64,000 bases of DNA from Eledone cirrhosa (GCA_964016885.1 OZ024742.1:234608001-234672000); one strand, 5' to 3'. Shown: positions 13,806-28,136, counted from the first letter of the stretch. A program made the numbers and translations. Notes: generated by a model from the letters alone, not told the origin.

Positions 13806-16277
13806 CCAGAAGATGTTGTTTGGACAGCTTGAAGGGAAAGAAAGAGGCAACAACTTGATCCCTGAGGCGGAACAAACTAAGACATTCTGGAGAGTATATG
13901 GGAGCAGGATGTTAAACATAATGACCAGGCAGTTTGGATTGAGACAGTACAAAAGGAGATTAGGGAACAGGCACACCAACAAACTGATTTGAGTATCACA
14001 GTTGAAACTCTTAAGGGGCAAGCCAAAAAACTAACCAACTGGAAATCACCAGGCCCAGATGGTGTGCAGGGGTATTAGATTAAAAATGTAACATCCCTCC
14101 ACCCGAAACTGACAACCATGTTCAATGACTGCTTGATGTCAGGTGAGGTATCAGAGTGGTTGACAAAAGGTACCACAGTTCTGGTAATGAAAGACCGAAT
14201 CAAGGGTAATGATGTTACCAACTATAGACCTATCACATGTCTGTCCGTAATGTGGAAACTGTTAACAAGCATTGTGTCTGAGGAAATCTACCATCACCCC
14301 CACACAAACAACTTGTTACCGGACGAACAGAAAGGATGCCGAAAGAAGTCCCGTGGTACAAAGGACCAGTTACTTATTGATAAGATGGTAATGAGGAATT
14401 GCAAGAGGAGACACACTGGTCTTGCATGGGATGGATAGACTACAAAAAGGCATTTGACATGGTACCTCATTCTTGGATCACCAAAAGCCTAGAGATCTTC
14501 AGGGTGGCAGATAACATCAGACAGTTGTTGAGCAAAAGTATGAAGTCCTGGAAAACAGAGTTAACATCGGGCGGAGAATCCTTGGGAGGCGTGAGGATCA
14601 AGAGAGGTATCTTCCAGGGAGATAGTGTGTCCCCTCTGTTGTTTGTCCTTGCCCTGATCCCCCTGACCATTATACTGCGAAAAGTGAGAGCAGGATACAA
14701 GTTGGGAAAGGGAGAGCTTACCATCAATCACCTTCTCTGCATGGACGATCTTAAGCTCTTCGGGAAGAGCGAGAAGGAGTTGGATGTGCTTGTTGACACT
14801 GTCCGTATTTTCAGCCACGATATATGTATGGAATTTGGTGTTAGTAAGTGTGGAGTCCTTGTGATGAAGAGGGGTAAATTGAGCAGAAGCAATGGAATCC
14901 AGGTACCAACAGGTGAGATGATAAAGGAAATTGACACTGAAGAAGGATACAAGTATTTGGGTATTCTGGAGGCTGACGACATCAAGAACAAAAAAACGAA
15001 GGAATTGATAAGATCTAAATACATTCGGAGAGTAAGGAGCGTATTAAAGTCACATCTGAACAGTAGGAATGCCATAAGTGCAGTAAATTCCCGAGCTGTG
15101 TCTATTATTAGGTACAGTGCGGGAATTCTGAGATGGAATGTTGCTGAACAAAAAGAAATGGATAGGAAGACTAGGAAGCTATTGACTATCTACAACATGT
15201 TCCACAAGAGGAGTGATGTCAATAGACTCTACTTAAGGAGATCTGAAGGTGGAAGAGGTCTTATCAGCATAGAGGACTGTGTTCAGATGGAGAAAAACAA
15301 CCTACACAAATACGTGACCGATAGTAAGGAGCCAATGCTCAGAATTGTACTGAAGGAGAGGACAATAGACCAGGGGATGTCCAAGGAGAAAATAACAACA
15401 AGGAGAAAGAGCAACCTTCATGAAAAATCCCTTCATAGTACCTTCTTTGAGAAAACGGATTTCAGAGATCCACAGACATGGAACTGGTTGAGAAGAGGAG
15501 ACCTTAAAAAGGCTACAGAAGGAATGCTAATGGCTGCGCAAGAGCAGGCCCTCAAAACAAAGTGGCTGAAACACCATATTTACAAGGAGGAGGCTAGCCC
15601 ACTGTGCAGGATCTGTGGAGAGAGAGAGGAGACTGTGGCTCACATTGTATCCGAGTGTAAACACCTAGCCCAGACTCACTATAAAGGCTGGAGACATGAT
15701 GTGATGGGCAGGGTGATCCACTGGCACCTATGCAAAGTAAACAAGTTACCACATTCTGAGAAGTCGTATGAGCATAAGCCAGAGTCGGTGATAGAAAATG
15801 ATCAGGTGAAGGTGCTACGGGATTTTAGGATACAGACGGACAAGAAACTGGAACACAATAGACCTGGCCTGGTGGTTTTGGACAAGGAAAAAAGATTGTG
15901 CCTGATTGTGGATGTGGCCTGCCCATTCGACACGAGAGTGCAAGAGAAGGAGAGGGAGAAAATTAACCGATACCAGGACTTAAAGTGGGAGGTAAAAAGG
16001 ATTTGGAACTGCCATGAAGTCAAAGTGGTTCCGATTGTCATAGGCGCACTAGGTACTATCTCAAAAAGTTTCCAGGGATGGTTAAAGAAAATTGACCCCG
16101 CCCCACTTTTTGGAACACTTCAAAAGGCATGCTTGCTGGGAACAGCAAGAACCTCCGATACGTGCTGAATATCTGAGGCTGCAGGTAGTGGCTTGATATT
16201 CATTTCAACAAACTTTCCAGTTAACTAACATCAATGACTGAGACTCAAAGAACAATAATAATAATAATAATAATAAT
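13801..16277 (+). mobile_element. R4/Dong-clade non-LTR retrotransposon (RT, CCHC, restriction-like endonuclease), 5'-truncated
   Basis: NYRPITCL, IDYKKAFD, GIFQGDSVSPLLF, CMDDLKL, YKYLG, CRICGEREETVAHIVSEC, RHD and NRP[G]LVV..IVDVACPFD. Ends in (TAA)n. Has frameshifts and a stop. Confidence 0.9.
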
Positions 16278-16452
16278 TGTTTCTACTTTTGGCACAAGGC
16301 CAGCAATTACCCAGTGTATTACTGGTACTTTATTTTATCGACCCCCGTAAGGATGAAAGGCAAAGTTAACCTCGGTGGGATTTGAACTCAGAATGGCAAG
16401 GGCCGTAACTCTGCGTCAAAGCATGGCGTCCGACCCTCTATCGATACTGCCA
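16278..16452 (-). mobile_element. tRNA SINE (young copy)
   Basis: Near-identical reverse complement of 28137-28324. Confidence 0.9.
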
Positions 16453-16465
16453 AAATAATAATGGT

Positions 16466-17088
16466 TTCTTTATTGGCCACAAGGGCTAACACAAAGAAAA
16501 ACATTAGAGATGGCACAGAACAGTACAGGACGATACAAAGTGGGTTTTGGTCATGTAAACAGGTTATAACAAAATCGGGCTAGAAATAAAAAAAATTCAA
16601 ACAACAAAAATTCCCCAAAAAGGAGGAAACCCCCGAGGGTCACTCGTGGCGAAAACCACACAAAAAAGACCACGGCTACCCTGACCACCAGAGCAAGCGC
16701 CCTCACTCAGTTTTCCCACTCCTCAGTCTACAGGCGCATACTCAGAGCGGGCCCGTTCACTTGGACCAGACTCACCACTTTCACCCACCCTTCAACAAAC
16801 TTATTAGAAGACAGCACTTGCCTCTCCACCCTGATTTTCCTCTTCAAGTGAAACTTGAAAAAGTTAATGAGGGATTGGCCAAAGAGGAAAGGGTCCGTCT
16901 TCAACCCTTTCAACCTTGTTCACCACACAATCTCTTTTGCCATGGCCACCAGGCAGATGAAAACTGCCTGCCCTTCCTCCTCTCGCCCTGCGTGCATCTC
17001 GAACACGCTCGGCTGACAGCACATCCGTGCCTGTAGAGCTTATCCCGAACCGGCAACGCTCCCCGGTAGCACTGCCAGGCCAGGGATT
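16466..17088 (-). mobile_element. Second Tx1-clade 3' fragment with an internal deletion
   Basis: GQSLINFFKFHLKRKIRVERQVL..ALSMRL parallels the 13113 ORF. Bounded by AAT repeats. Confidence 0.85.
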
Positions 17089-17311
17089 TAATAATAATGA
17101 TAATAATAATAATAATGAAAATTCTGTACAGTGCTCAGGTCCACTACAACTCATCAAAGGTGCATGTATAGTAAATATTTCAATAGTAATTTTCATTAAT
17201 TTTATCATTTTTGAGAGCAGTGGATAGCAGAATTGTTAAAGAAGTAAAAATGAGAAAGGATATTGACAATGGATCCAGAATAAAGAAAATGAAGATATCT
17301 ATGTATAGACA

Positions 17312-17312
<1 letters not shown>

Positions 17313-17351
<39 letters not shown>

Positions 17352-17810
17352 GTTTAACGTCCATCTTCCACGCTTGCATGGGTCTGGACGGGACTTTTCC
17401 CACTTGAGGCAAGAGTGGTTGTCTTGCTTGCATAGGACTGTCTAGCGGGTTTTCTACGGCTGGATGCCCTTCCTAACACCAACCACATTTACAGTGTGGA
17501 CTGGGAGGTTTTTACCGTGTTACCTACACGGCCACATTACAGTGTGGACTGTGTGGTTTTTTTTGTCGTGACACCTACACGACCTCATTTGTTTCGGGCT
17601 GGATGTTGTGACACCAACATAACTTTACATTGAAAGGGGTGGTGTGGATGGGGTGTGTGTAGTGGGACGGGGGTGTATTTTGTTAGAGGTGCCTACTGAC
17701 TGTAGTAGGTTTCACTTTGTACTTGGGTAAGGCGGATCTTCTCTATTACTGTGTCCCAGGTTTTTCTGGGTCTGCCTACTCCGTGGCTACCGTCTATTTT
17801 TATTGCCCTG
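17313..17810 (-). mobile_element. RTE 3' end with (GAT)n tail
   Basis: (CAT)n, then CGTTTAACGTCC...GGATGCCCTTCCTAACACCAACC. Near-identical to 63166-63600. Confidence 0.85.
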
Positions 17811-17839
17811 CAATATATGTATATACAATAAAGGCACAT

Positions 17840-18135
17840 GATTTATTGGTTAGAGAGTTGGATTCACAATCATGAGGTTGCGAGTTTGATTCCTGAACCG
17901 TGTGATGCATTGTGAACTTGAAAAAGATACTTTATTTCATGTTGCACCAGTTTACTCAGCTGTAGAAATTTGTTGCGACTTCACTGGTATCGGCCCTTGC
18001 CTTTTCTTTGAACAACATAGGTGGTGTGAAGAGGGGAGACTAGTATGCATGAGTGGCTGCTGGTCTTTCACAAAATCATCTTGCCTATGCTTGTGTCTTG
18101 GAGGAGAACTTTCTAGGTGCAAATCCCATGGTCAT
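17840..18135 (+). mobile_element. CORE-type tRNA SINE
   Basis: GAGTTTGATTCC B box followed by TTTCATGTTGCACCAGTTTACTCAGCTGTA. Confidence 0.65.
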
Positions 18136-18698
18136 TCATATATACATGTTAGGGTTAGGCTTCATTGGGGTTAGAGTTCCCTTATCAGCTTGTTAGCGTA
18201 TGTACGTACATGTGTGGATTATGCAAAATGAATCTGGTGAATCAGACAAAATATTTTTATTTTTTCATTTGATATCTGTTATCAATGATACCTGAAATAA
18301 AATGCTTTGGGAGTAGAGGTATTTAGTGACATCATTACACCCCTTTATGTTGTAAGTTCAAATGTCACTAGAGCCAAATTTGTTATTAACCCAGGCAGTG
18401 GGCTACCTGAGATTTCACTCATCATAAAGCAGGCTGCACTACTAAAAGAATTCAAGGAGTATTTTCATTATGTATGCCATTCAGAAAGCCAAACAGGCTA
18501 CATGGTGACTGTAGTTTACCCATGGCTGTTTTATCCCCTCCAGGGTGTCAATAAAAAAAATACCATAAGCCAGATGATCTTCACTCTCAACTTCTGAATC
18601 TTCTGTGGTTTTTCTATAAGATATATTATTATAGCAAGACTAAATATATATATATTCATAATCTTGTTGTGTTCGATTTTTGGTATTAGTGTGGGTGT

Positions 18699-18739
<41 letters not shown>

Positions 18740-19006
18740 TGTGTCTGTTTTTGATGTTTAACATTCCTGTATTTCTAGTTTATTATAATTCCTCTTTCAT
18801 CAATGAACCTTTGAGGTTTGGGTTGATGTCTAACAAAGATATATGTGTGTGTGTGTTTGCAGATGAAACTATTTATCAATCTTTGCCCATGATTTATGGA
18901 TGAGAAAAATGATGATGTAAAAAAAATCAAATATCCTTTTTCTTTTACTGGTTTCCACCATTGAACTAAGGTTATGTTTGGACACAGCCTTGATGGATAT
19001 ATATCA

Positions 19007-19395
19007 TCATCATTTTTTTACATCTGTTTTCCACACAGGCATGGGTCAGTTGGGTTATCATGCTCTGAGATTAAACTGGTCAGATGATTATGTGTTGCTC
19101 ATACATTTCGTTTCGGCATGGTTTCTACAGCTGGGTGCACTTCCTAATGCCAACCACTTTACAGCAGGGGCTGGGTGCATTTTATTATGACATCAGCATT
19201 ACTCCTTTACAGCATGGGTTAAGTGCATTTTATCATGACATCAGCATTACCCCTTTACAATAAGGGCTAGGTACATTTTATTGTAGCACCAACACATTTT
19301 ACAGAATGGATTGGGAGTATTTTATCATGGCATTAGCCCTACCATTTTATAGCATGGGCTAGATGCATTTTATCATGGTACTACCACTTTACAAA
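19007..19395 (-). mobile_element. RTE 3'-UTR-derived repeat with internal ~43-bp tandem units
   Basis: Repeated TTTACAGCATGGGCTAG.TGCATTTTATCATG units. Confidence 0.7.
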
Positions 19396-19740
19396 GGGGA
19401 CTTTTCAAACTACCATAATTGATAAAATAAGAACCAACATAGTTTTAGGGAAACCATATTTATAGATTACACTTGAATTTGAAGTCCTTGCTTCAAATCA
19501 TATTCAATCATTTTTAATGTTAACATCTAAAATATGTTGTTTGTTTGTTTTCGTTATTTACTTTGTTAATAAGTTGTTTGATAAAATTATTTTATTATTT
19601 ACTACTTTAATCCTTTTTGTTGGTTGTTTTTGTTGTTGTTTTCATTGCCATTCATCTATTTTGTTCAATTTAAAAAACAAAGAAAATTAAAGGATTGACA
19701 GCTCATATCTTATTACCAGCACTGTACTGTCTATGATTAG

Positions 19741-19991
19741 CCCTTTTGATATCAAACTACCTGAAACAGCACCTGATTCTATGATACCAAACTATTTATT
19801 TTAAAGTGTTTATATTTATCTAAAATCCTTCCATAATACTTTTATGTAAGAACCTTTATTAAGTTATACTCTAAACACCAGCTTAATAATGAGAAAGTTA
19901 GTTATATAAACTAAACCCCTCCTTGATTATTTTCGAAATTATTTGAAAATCAGAAGCAGTGTCTTTCATTACAAATATGATAATGAAAGTG
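19741..19991 (+). mobile_element. piggyBac-type MITE, family B
   Basis: CCCTTTTGATATC ... GAAAGTG|TTAA. Confidence 0.7.
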
Positions 19992-20076
19992 TTAAGATGT
20001 TTACCTAATTACAAATAGGTACCGTGTTGTGAAACTATGCTATTTCTAACTGCTGTAAGCTAAAGATGCTGTTTAA

Positions 20077-20447
20077 CCCTTTTGATAGCAAACCACCTGA
20101 AACTGGTTCTTATACTATACCATGCATTAGCCCTCAACCTCCTGTCTCATAGCCATCTGCCACCTGCCACTTGCACTGGTACAGATGTGTCCTCCACCTC
20201 CTGCTAGATCATCCTACTAGGGTTTTACTCTCATTTGACACAGAAAGCTACAGGCTGAAAGAGGCCCCGCAGCAAACCTCACATCAGATGGCTTGATATC
20301 TGACCTAGGATGACCCCAGTCTCATCGAGCAAGAGCAAAGAAGAAGAAGAAGAAAATCTTAATAATGAAATAATTAATGATTTTAGTAAAACACAAATTC
20401 TTCATTAATTAATTCAAATACATTGTATTTCATTAGAAATGAAAGTG
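20077..20447 (+). mobile_element. piggyBac-type MITE, family B, interrupted by a LINE 3' fragment ending (GAA)n
   Basis: TTAA|CCCTTTTGATAGC ... GAAAGTG|TTAA, with a GC-richer insert at ~20120-20355. Confidence 0.6.
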
Positions 20448-21108
20448 TTAAAGCTATTTTGTTAACTTTCAGGTCTGAATTAAAACCATCATATCAGTTT
20501 TACTTTGAGAGGAATGAGCTTTACCAGGTTCACTTTCCATTGATACACTGCATGATGATGAAAACTTAAACATAGTTCCTGAATAGAATATGGATCTCAC
20601 ACATAATATACAAACTATCAGAAATAAGATTAAATTCATTCATCATTGACTTAAGATTGCAATTTGAGAATTAAGGATTTGAAATGTGTTCATCCCAATG
20701 CAAATGATCATAATAATAGTTGAGAAAAGGCCATAAAATAACCCCGGAGACAGAAATTATGCAACACTTTTTCTCCATCTCCAGGGGTGCTTTTTTCAAT
20801 TACTATTCATAGTAATTGGCTGTTATTATGGTCATTTGCGTTGGGACATATACATCTCCACTTTCAAATCTTCCCTGTACCTAAGTCAACCATTTTGTAT
20901 ACTCTTAGGGATTTTACTATTAAATATTTTAATGTTGCAAATATTTATATACATAGGACTATAGTCCAAAACATTAAGACCCTCTTCTTGCTATTTCAAG
21001 CATTAAACTAATATATTCCTTCCATATACTGTACTGTTTGTGTTGTTATTTCTGTTTACCTTTTACATACACATATATATATATATATTTATATTTACTT
21101 TATTTCAG

Positions 21109-21196
21109 ATCTACACCAAACCTTCGTACTTCCGTTAAAAACCTGTTGATGCCACAACATCGGGAATGCCAAGCTGTTATCAACTAGTCAAAGATA

Positions 21197-21246
<50 letters not shown>

Positions 21247-22018
21247 TATATATATGGAAAAAAAATTATAAATATTTTCAGTGCCTTGTGGAAATCTGTT
21301 TTCTACCTTGAAACTTCCTTTTAAGTATTTCGAAGCTGTTCAATATCATTACCACCTCCTTTTTCAACTTCTCTTTTTCCATTTTTTTTTTTTAATAAAG
21401 AAAAAGAGAAGCTAATTTTTAGATTTAATACTGTATATTTTTTAAATTCGTAATTTAAAATTGAATTTAAAAAAAACAAAATTAAACTATTGAATATTGA
21501 AGTCTTATTTTTATTTTATTGCTCCCACAAAAAAATTAGTGGAGACCTCATATGACTTCATTATCAATATATTGTATATTTATTGTAATAAGTATGCGTT
21601 TATGTATCTATAAAAGCCTCCTACAAAATCTTCATTTAAATTTCCTAGTTAAAGAGCCAATCATTAAAGCCTCTTTGTTGAAATATTGAACCTGTTGATC
21701 TTTGTTAAAATCTATTAGCTATAGACATTGACATGTTGATCTTATTGCTATAAAAGGAAGAACCTATGTATTTAGAGATTTGTTCATATTTTTGATAATA
21801 AATATTTTTCATGTGTCTCTTTTGATGGGCTTCAAAAACATTTTCCTATTTTACATGCCCCTCCAATAACTAAAATATATAAATATATTTGTTAGTAAAT
21901 TACACATACTTACAAACAGACAGGCATCAGTTTTGTTTCGAAGCCATTTGAAAATGTTCATCTATATTTTCTCTTAAAACACAGATATACATGTAAGCAT
22001 ACATATATATTCATGTTA

Positions 22019-22054
<36 letters not shown>

Positions 22055-25000
22055 AATTTGTTATTTTATATTTGAAGACCTGTGTATTTCTTTTTACTTA
22101 CGTCTTAAATGTATCCATCTTTTTGTTAGGACTAAATTATAATTTATCATAATACAACAGTAATGAATCTCGTATCACACCAATAAGCAACTTGTCATAA
22201 TACCTAATTAATTCATCAACTGTAGACAGTTTGCTACATTATTCTGTTGTATAATGACATAAATTATCTGTTGTTTATAATATGATAGCACTGAATTTAT
22301 CCCATTGATGTCAGATATTTCACAACCAGAAATGTTTCTATTATGAGTAGCATTACAGCAATAAGCTAGTCATTGCATTGTTGTGATATTTAGAAATCAG
22401 TTATACCATAACTATAATTGATTCATTAGTGCATCAATATAACCACAACAAACTAGTCATTGCAGAGTTAGCCATATTTCAAGTTACATGTGTCATACAT
22501 CAATAATAATAATAATAATATCATCAATATTATTTATATTTTTGCAGTTCAATCAGATTTCCTAGATTTTAATAAAAACTGTTTTCAGAATAAAAATGTT
22601 TTTCTATTTCATGTGCACTGATTATTGCAAAATTTAGATGTATGCAATGTAACTTTTAATTTGTATGTAAAGTTCAGATTTCTGCAGATAATACATTGAT
22701 GTTTTGAATTTATCTGAAGCTTCCAATGTAATAAGTTAAGTTATTCTAAAAATTATCTGATGTATATTCTTAGCATTTAGATAATAGTGTCACTGATTTT
22801 TGAACAGTTAATATAATATAATCCTTCCACATACTATTAATAACTCCTAGAGCTTATTTATTTTCAGTTTTTCATAGTACTAAGTATATTACACATAAGT
22901 CTGATTTTTGTTTTCCATTTTGGTAGATTAAGTACTTTATTTAAGAATATGGTTTATCATCTGCAGCAAAATATAAATTCATAGTCTATATGTAAAACAC
23001 TAATGCTAAAAAGTGACATGAAAGAAAGAAAAAAAAGTTCAATTTTTTTGTGTTGCAAATGACTGAAATTTTTCATCTGGATATGGTGTAGATACATCCT
23101 GCTCTCATATCTTACAGCCAAATAAAGTTTCATACTTGTTTAGGGAATACTATAAACTAATGCAGCTGAGAAGCTATTCAATTATGATAGTTGTTCCATT
23201 ACAGTTAATGTTTTTCTTCTGAGGTATATGTCTATAACATCAAGGAATAGTATTGCTATCATTGTAATTTTCATGTAGTCCAAATGTGTGATAGGTTTTG
23301 TTGTTGATGTCATTGTCAGTACCTCAGTATTTTTATTGGGTTGTCTACTTTCTATTCAGAATGCTAAGAGTATAATAATTCTGATAGTTATATCTTTTTG
23401 TTCTAATAAATACTTTTCATGTTAAGGTTAAATAAAAATCAATATTCTATAATGCATACACATATTTATATATAACAAAGCAGCAAGCTATTAGGTATCA
23501 CTTCACACTGTTTAGACTTTATTCTTTATAGATATAAATCCTCACTTTATTTCACCCTTGATTTTATTTTTATAATCACATCATCTTAATTGATGCTGTA
23601 AAGTGATAATAGTACTCAAGTTAGATTTAGGTGTATGAGTCCTCCTATTCACTGACACCCCCCCCCCCCTTTTCTTAAATTCATTACTTGGAGATATACT
23701 GAAGTTCAATAAATTCATATTCCATCATTGGCACTGTACCTTTCCCTGAATAGGTCACTAAACACTTGCCTGGCAGCAAGCGTAGGTCTAGAAGGACTAT
23801 GAGAAGGCTGCACCAATTGGAAATAATCTATAGTTTTGATGATTTATAGTACCAAGACAATTTTATCACACAAGAATTTAGAAAATATTTTTATGCGTTT
23901 GACATTGCACTAAATTATTTATTTCCATTTCTGGACAAGGACAAAAGGGTTTAAAAATCAACCTTGTAGTTAATACTGTATAAGATTATTATCAGGTGTC
24001 AAACTGTTACCTAAATGCCTGACAGCCAATATATTTGTAGACAATTTTATCTTTATTTCTTTAAAAATATTTTTAATTAACTTTATTAATTTGTATCTCC
24101 ATATTATATATCATCTTGTTTGCAGAAATTATTTTTGAAATATATAGTTGAGTGAAGTAACTCTAAATCAGGAAATTTGGCCACTATGGAAAATTATTTA
24201 TATATATATATATATGGACTTAGTTCTTTGTTAATATTTGAAAAGTTGTATTTTCCTTAAAGGCTAACAAACATCTGAATATTTCAGTTTATTGTTCATA
24301 GCTTTTGAATTAAAATAATACTGCTGCAGATGTTAGTATGTTATAATTATACTATCATGTTAGCAAACCTGATCCCCTGGTATTAGACATTATAAGTACC
24401 AATTTGAAACAGAAATAAAAAACAATAGATCCCTGCCATTGGATCTGTCATTTTTTAAGTGTCCCAAATTGATACTTAGAATATTTAATATCATTTACAT
24501 TAAAATCTTGTTTTCTGCTCGCATATTACTGAAGTTCCTTTCTCTGTCAAGATTCAAATAAATTAATTCAGTATTAGGAAATTTAGCAATGAGGGTGATA
24601 TTGTAATAAATAAAAATACTAACAATAGTAATAATAACAACAACAAAAGTATTGGAAGGTGGAGAAAAAAAAAATTAGCTGTGGCATTCTAGAAAATTGT
24701 AGATTGGAGTCTGATTGCAAATTCACTTTACTGCCAAAGCATGGCTTTTGCCTAAATGATTAAAATTAATAAAACTTGCTATTACTGTTGTATATTCTAC
24801 AACAAGCCAAATCTCCTTCAATTTTCATCCTATGTCTGAAATAAAGAAAGGTACATGGTGTTATAATATAGTCTTTGATATATGTTCATGACAGGATGTT
24901 CATGGCTGACATCTAGCTAAATAACAACAGTGCACACTTCCTTCCTTCTTATGCCATTAAGTCAACTAACAACCTCTCGTGACTACCTTGACAAGCAGGA

Positions 25001-27625
25001 TACACATGTCGGAATTTTCATAGGAGAATACAAAAGTGGTTCCCCATTGCCTCCCTTTGGATGTTTTTTTTTTATAAAACATCATCTTGTTGGTTAAATA
25101 AGGTCAAGTTCACTACACCTAACTGAGAAGTCAGAATGTAAAGAGCTAGGGCAAATACTCCAATGTATTTTGACCAATATTCTAATAATTCTGTCTATCC
25201 CAAAAAGATGTAAGGCAAATTTGACCTCAGAGGGATTTGGACACAGAATCCAAAAACTATTTTCATTTGAAAATTAAGCAACTAAATGAATAAAATAAAT
25301 GAATAAAATAAATGAATAAGCAACTAAATGAATAAAATAAATGAAATTAGCTTTCTCAAATCATGTCAATAATTGTTTCTTGTAATTTTTGAAAAAATAA
25401 TGAATTTTGAAATACATTATAAATCATGATACATGCATTATATGTTATAAACAATGTAATAATGTAAAATAATTATATTTATAAGTTACTTTTTGGAATG
25501 ATATCTTCAGAAACAATTAAGAATGTATTATCATTGAAATTTCACAGATTTTGAAAATGAATTAAGATTAATATTATTTTTAACTAAATATGTAATTATT
25601 ATTTGAATATTTGTGATCACTTTTTTTTATAATGCTTGTAATATTATTTGTCACTTTATGAATTGGAAATTAAGTATTACAATGGCTATATCAGAATCAG
25701 CTTACTATACTTCCTCAATATAAAACAAGCTAATTACACACACTACCTCCCCACCCCTTTCTGTTGCAAAAAAAAAAAAAATCATGAAGATTTTTATCTA
25801 TTGCAAATATTTTTTATCTTAAAGATATCCCCTCTCCAAAAGTTAGAAGCTCATTTCCATTTGGCATGAACTTGATAACTACTTATGGGCTTGCTATTAT
25901 TTTGCCACATGAGATTTCATGCTTTATTATAAAATTCCTACCTTTTATGTTAAAAGTTCTTATCTCTTGTTATTTTCACTTTTACACCAGCTTTATTTTA
26001 CTTACTTTAACTTAGGATATAAATTCTAATAGATATTTAAGCTGTATTATAAATCATACATAATTTACAGAATAATATTAATGTTTGTATTAGACATGAT
26101 TCTCTATAAATGTTCCATTGAACTCTATCATTACTGATGTACATGTATATAACTTGTATAGCAACTATAAGTATTGGTGAAATGTTTTGGATGTTTTTTT
26201 ACATCAAAGCAGATCCAAATATAACATTGTTGGACAATTTATTATCTAACTTTAGAAAATTCAGCATTTTTATAGGTTATAATAAAATACTGTAATTTAG
26301 TTTACAATTGCTACTTAAGTTATATTTTTTAAATTAGAGAATGAAGTATTTATTTTCTTTCTCTTTTTGTGATATTGAACAGCACACTATAATTCTATTC
26401 TGTACCATGCAAAATTACTTAACTCTATTGTAAGCTCAAAAGCTTGTAGATATTATCATACCTTTTTATTAATTAAATAGTAAAAATATTGTTAATTAAA
26501 AATAATAATGATAATGATAATTTCTGAAAATTCATAGATGTATAAAGTCAATTTAACTAGTACTTAATTCATTGATCCTGATGGGATAAAAAAATGAAAC
26601 TTAATTCCTTATCAAACAATATTAGATTATGTATTGCAGTGTAACTCCTAAATAAAACGTTTCTTTTCTTTATTTTGTAAATCTTAAGGTTACTCTATAT
26701 GATTTAATCTGTTCCTTCCTAAATGCTGCCAAATAATATCTGATTTTAGTGGCATTATATCTCTGAGTGAGACCATTTTTAGACTGCTTATTACACTATA
26801 TTTCAACAAAATAAACATGAAAATCAAACAATTTATCTCAATTTATCTTTATTGAAGTCAATAAATGCTATATCAGAAAAAAAAGCTCATTAAAAATATA
26901 GAACCATCTAAGAGCTGTATATCTCTGTACATATCAAATGATAGATTTTTCCTCTGTGGAAAACCTTTTAGAAATAAAAATTTGAAAAGAATTCCGATTG
27001 AAAAGTCATTGGTTATTTAAACGAAGATGGAAAAAAAAATGAAATAGACTGTTTGATTTGCCTAACCCTATATCTGAAATATACCAATGTAATTAACTCA
27101 CTTGACTGTTTAAATGGAGCTTGTCAGAATTTGGGTTAATTATAATTAGAAGGAAAAAATAATATCTTCTATCTGAAATGTATCTTCAATCAATGTTAAC
27201 TGTTCACTGTTTACAGTCAAATTTATTTTTCTTTTCTTAAACAGAAGCCCTATGGATTGTTGATGCATTATTTTTTGTAGATGTTGCTAGATTGTGCTGT
27301 TATTGTACAGAATAAGCCTTTTATAAAACTTGTTGATTATTTGCCTGTTAAAAAATTAACAATAAATGAAAAATTGTATATTGTAAATAATAGAGTTTTT
27401 AAAACGGATGTAGATTTGTTTTGTTCCCATTTGTTATAAAACCTGTCAAGCTATTGATTTAAAAGTTTAAAAAACTGACAGGGGTAGTTTCACTGCAGTT
27501 TCAGTGTAACGATATTTTTTTTGTTTAAGCTTTTATTTTAAAGTGCCAATTTGTATCCAAAACTATTTCTATGTTCTAACACATTTGTTTTCCATTCAGG
27601 TAATAAAACTTGTCCTAGAGTATTT
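21109..27625 (+). other. Candidate terminal exon with a ~6.5 kb 3' UTR of an unidentified upstream gene
   Basis: Strong acceptor TTTACTTTATTTCAG|21109. A short GC-richer segment stops in all frames. The tract is long and almost TE-free. AATAAA at 27602 is followed by a GU/U-rich stretch. Confidence 0.5.
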
Positions 27626-27739
27626 TGAAATGTCTTTCTTTATTTCTTCTTGTTTTTGTTTTTTTTAAAATATGTATATCAAAACATTTACAATTATTAT
27701 ACACCATAAACTTTACACTGCAACAATGAGAGCTCCAAT

Positions 27740-28025
27740 TGATATAAAGAATGGAACTGCTTGCACATTACATTAAAGTGACTGAACATTCCTCAGACAC
27801 ATGCACCCTTAACATAGATTTCAGGGACATTCAGCATGACACAATATGTAAAAGCATTGGCCCATTGAATTACATGTACAACTCATTTTTGCCAGCTGAG
27901 TGAACTGGAGCAACATAAAATAAAACATCATACTCAAGGACACATCATTCTGCTTGATCTGGGATTCAAACTCACAACTGTATGATCATGAGCTGAACAC
28001 TCTAACCATTAATCCATATGCCTTT
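27740..28025 (-). mobile_element. CORE-type tRNA SINE
   Basis: CAGCTGAGTGAACTGGAGCAACATAAAATAAAA..CTCAAGGACAC..GGGATTCAAACTC. Confidence 0.75.
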
Positions 28026-28136
28026 ACTTTTATTTGAGGATGTAATAATCTTGCTCTAGCTTTCTCACTTTTTCTTTCTTGTTGTTTTGTATGATTTGAA
28101 TCTGCAACCTTTAACTCCTTCCTTTATTACCTACCA

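Noticed and set aside
13113-14021. 302-aa minus-strand ORF as a novel gene
   Set aside because: It is a chance chimera of antisense Dong sequence and the Tx1 C-terminus.
25276-25345. Clustered AATAAA signals
   Set aside because: They arise from a simple local tandem duplication (AAATGAATAAAAT), so they are not evidence of a cleavage site.
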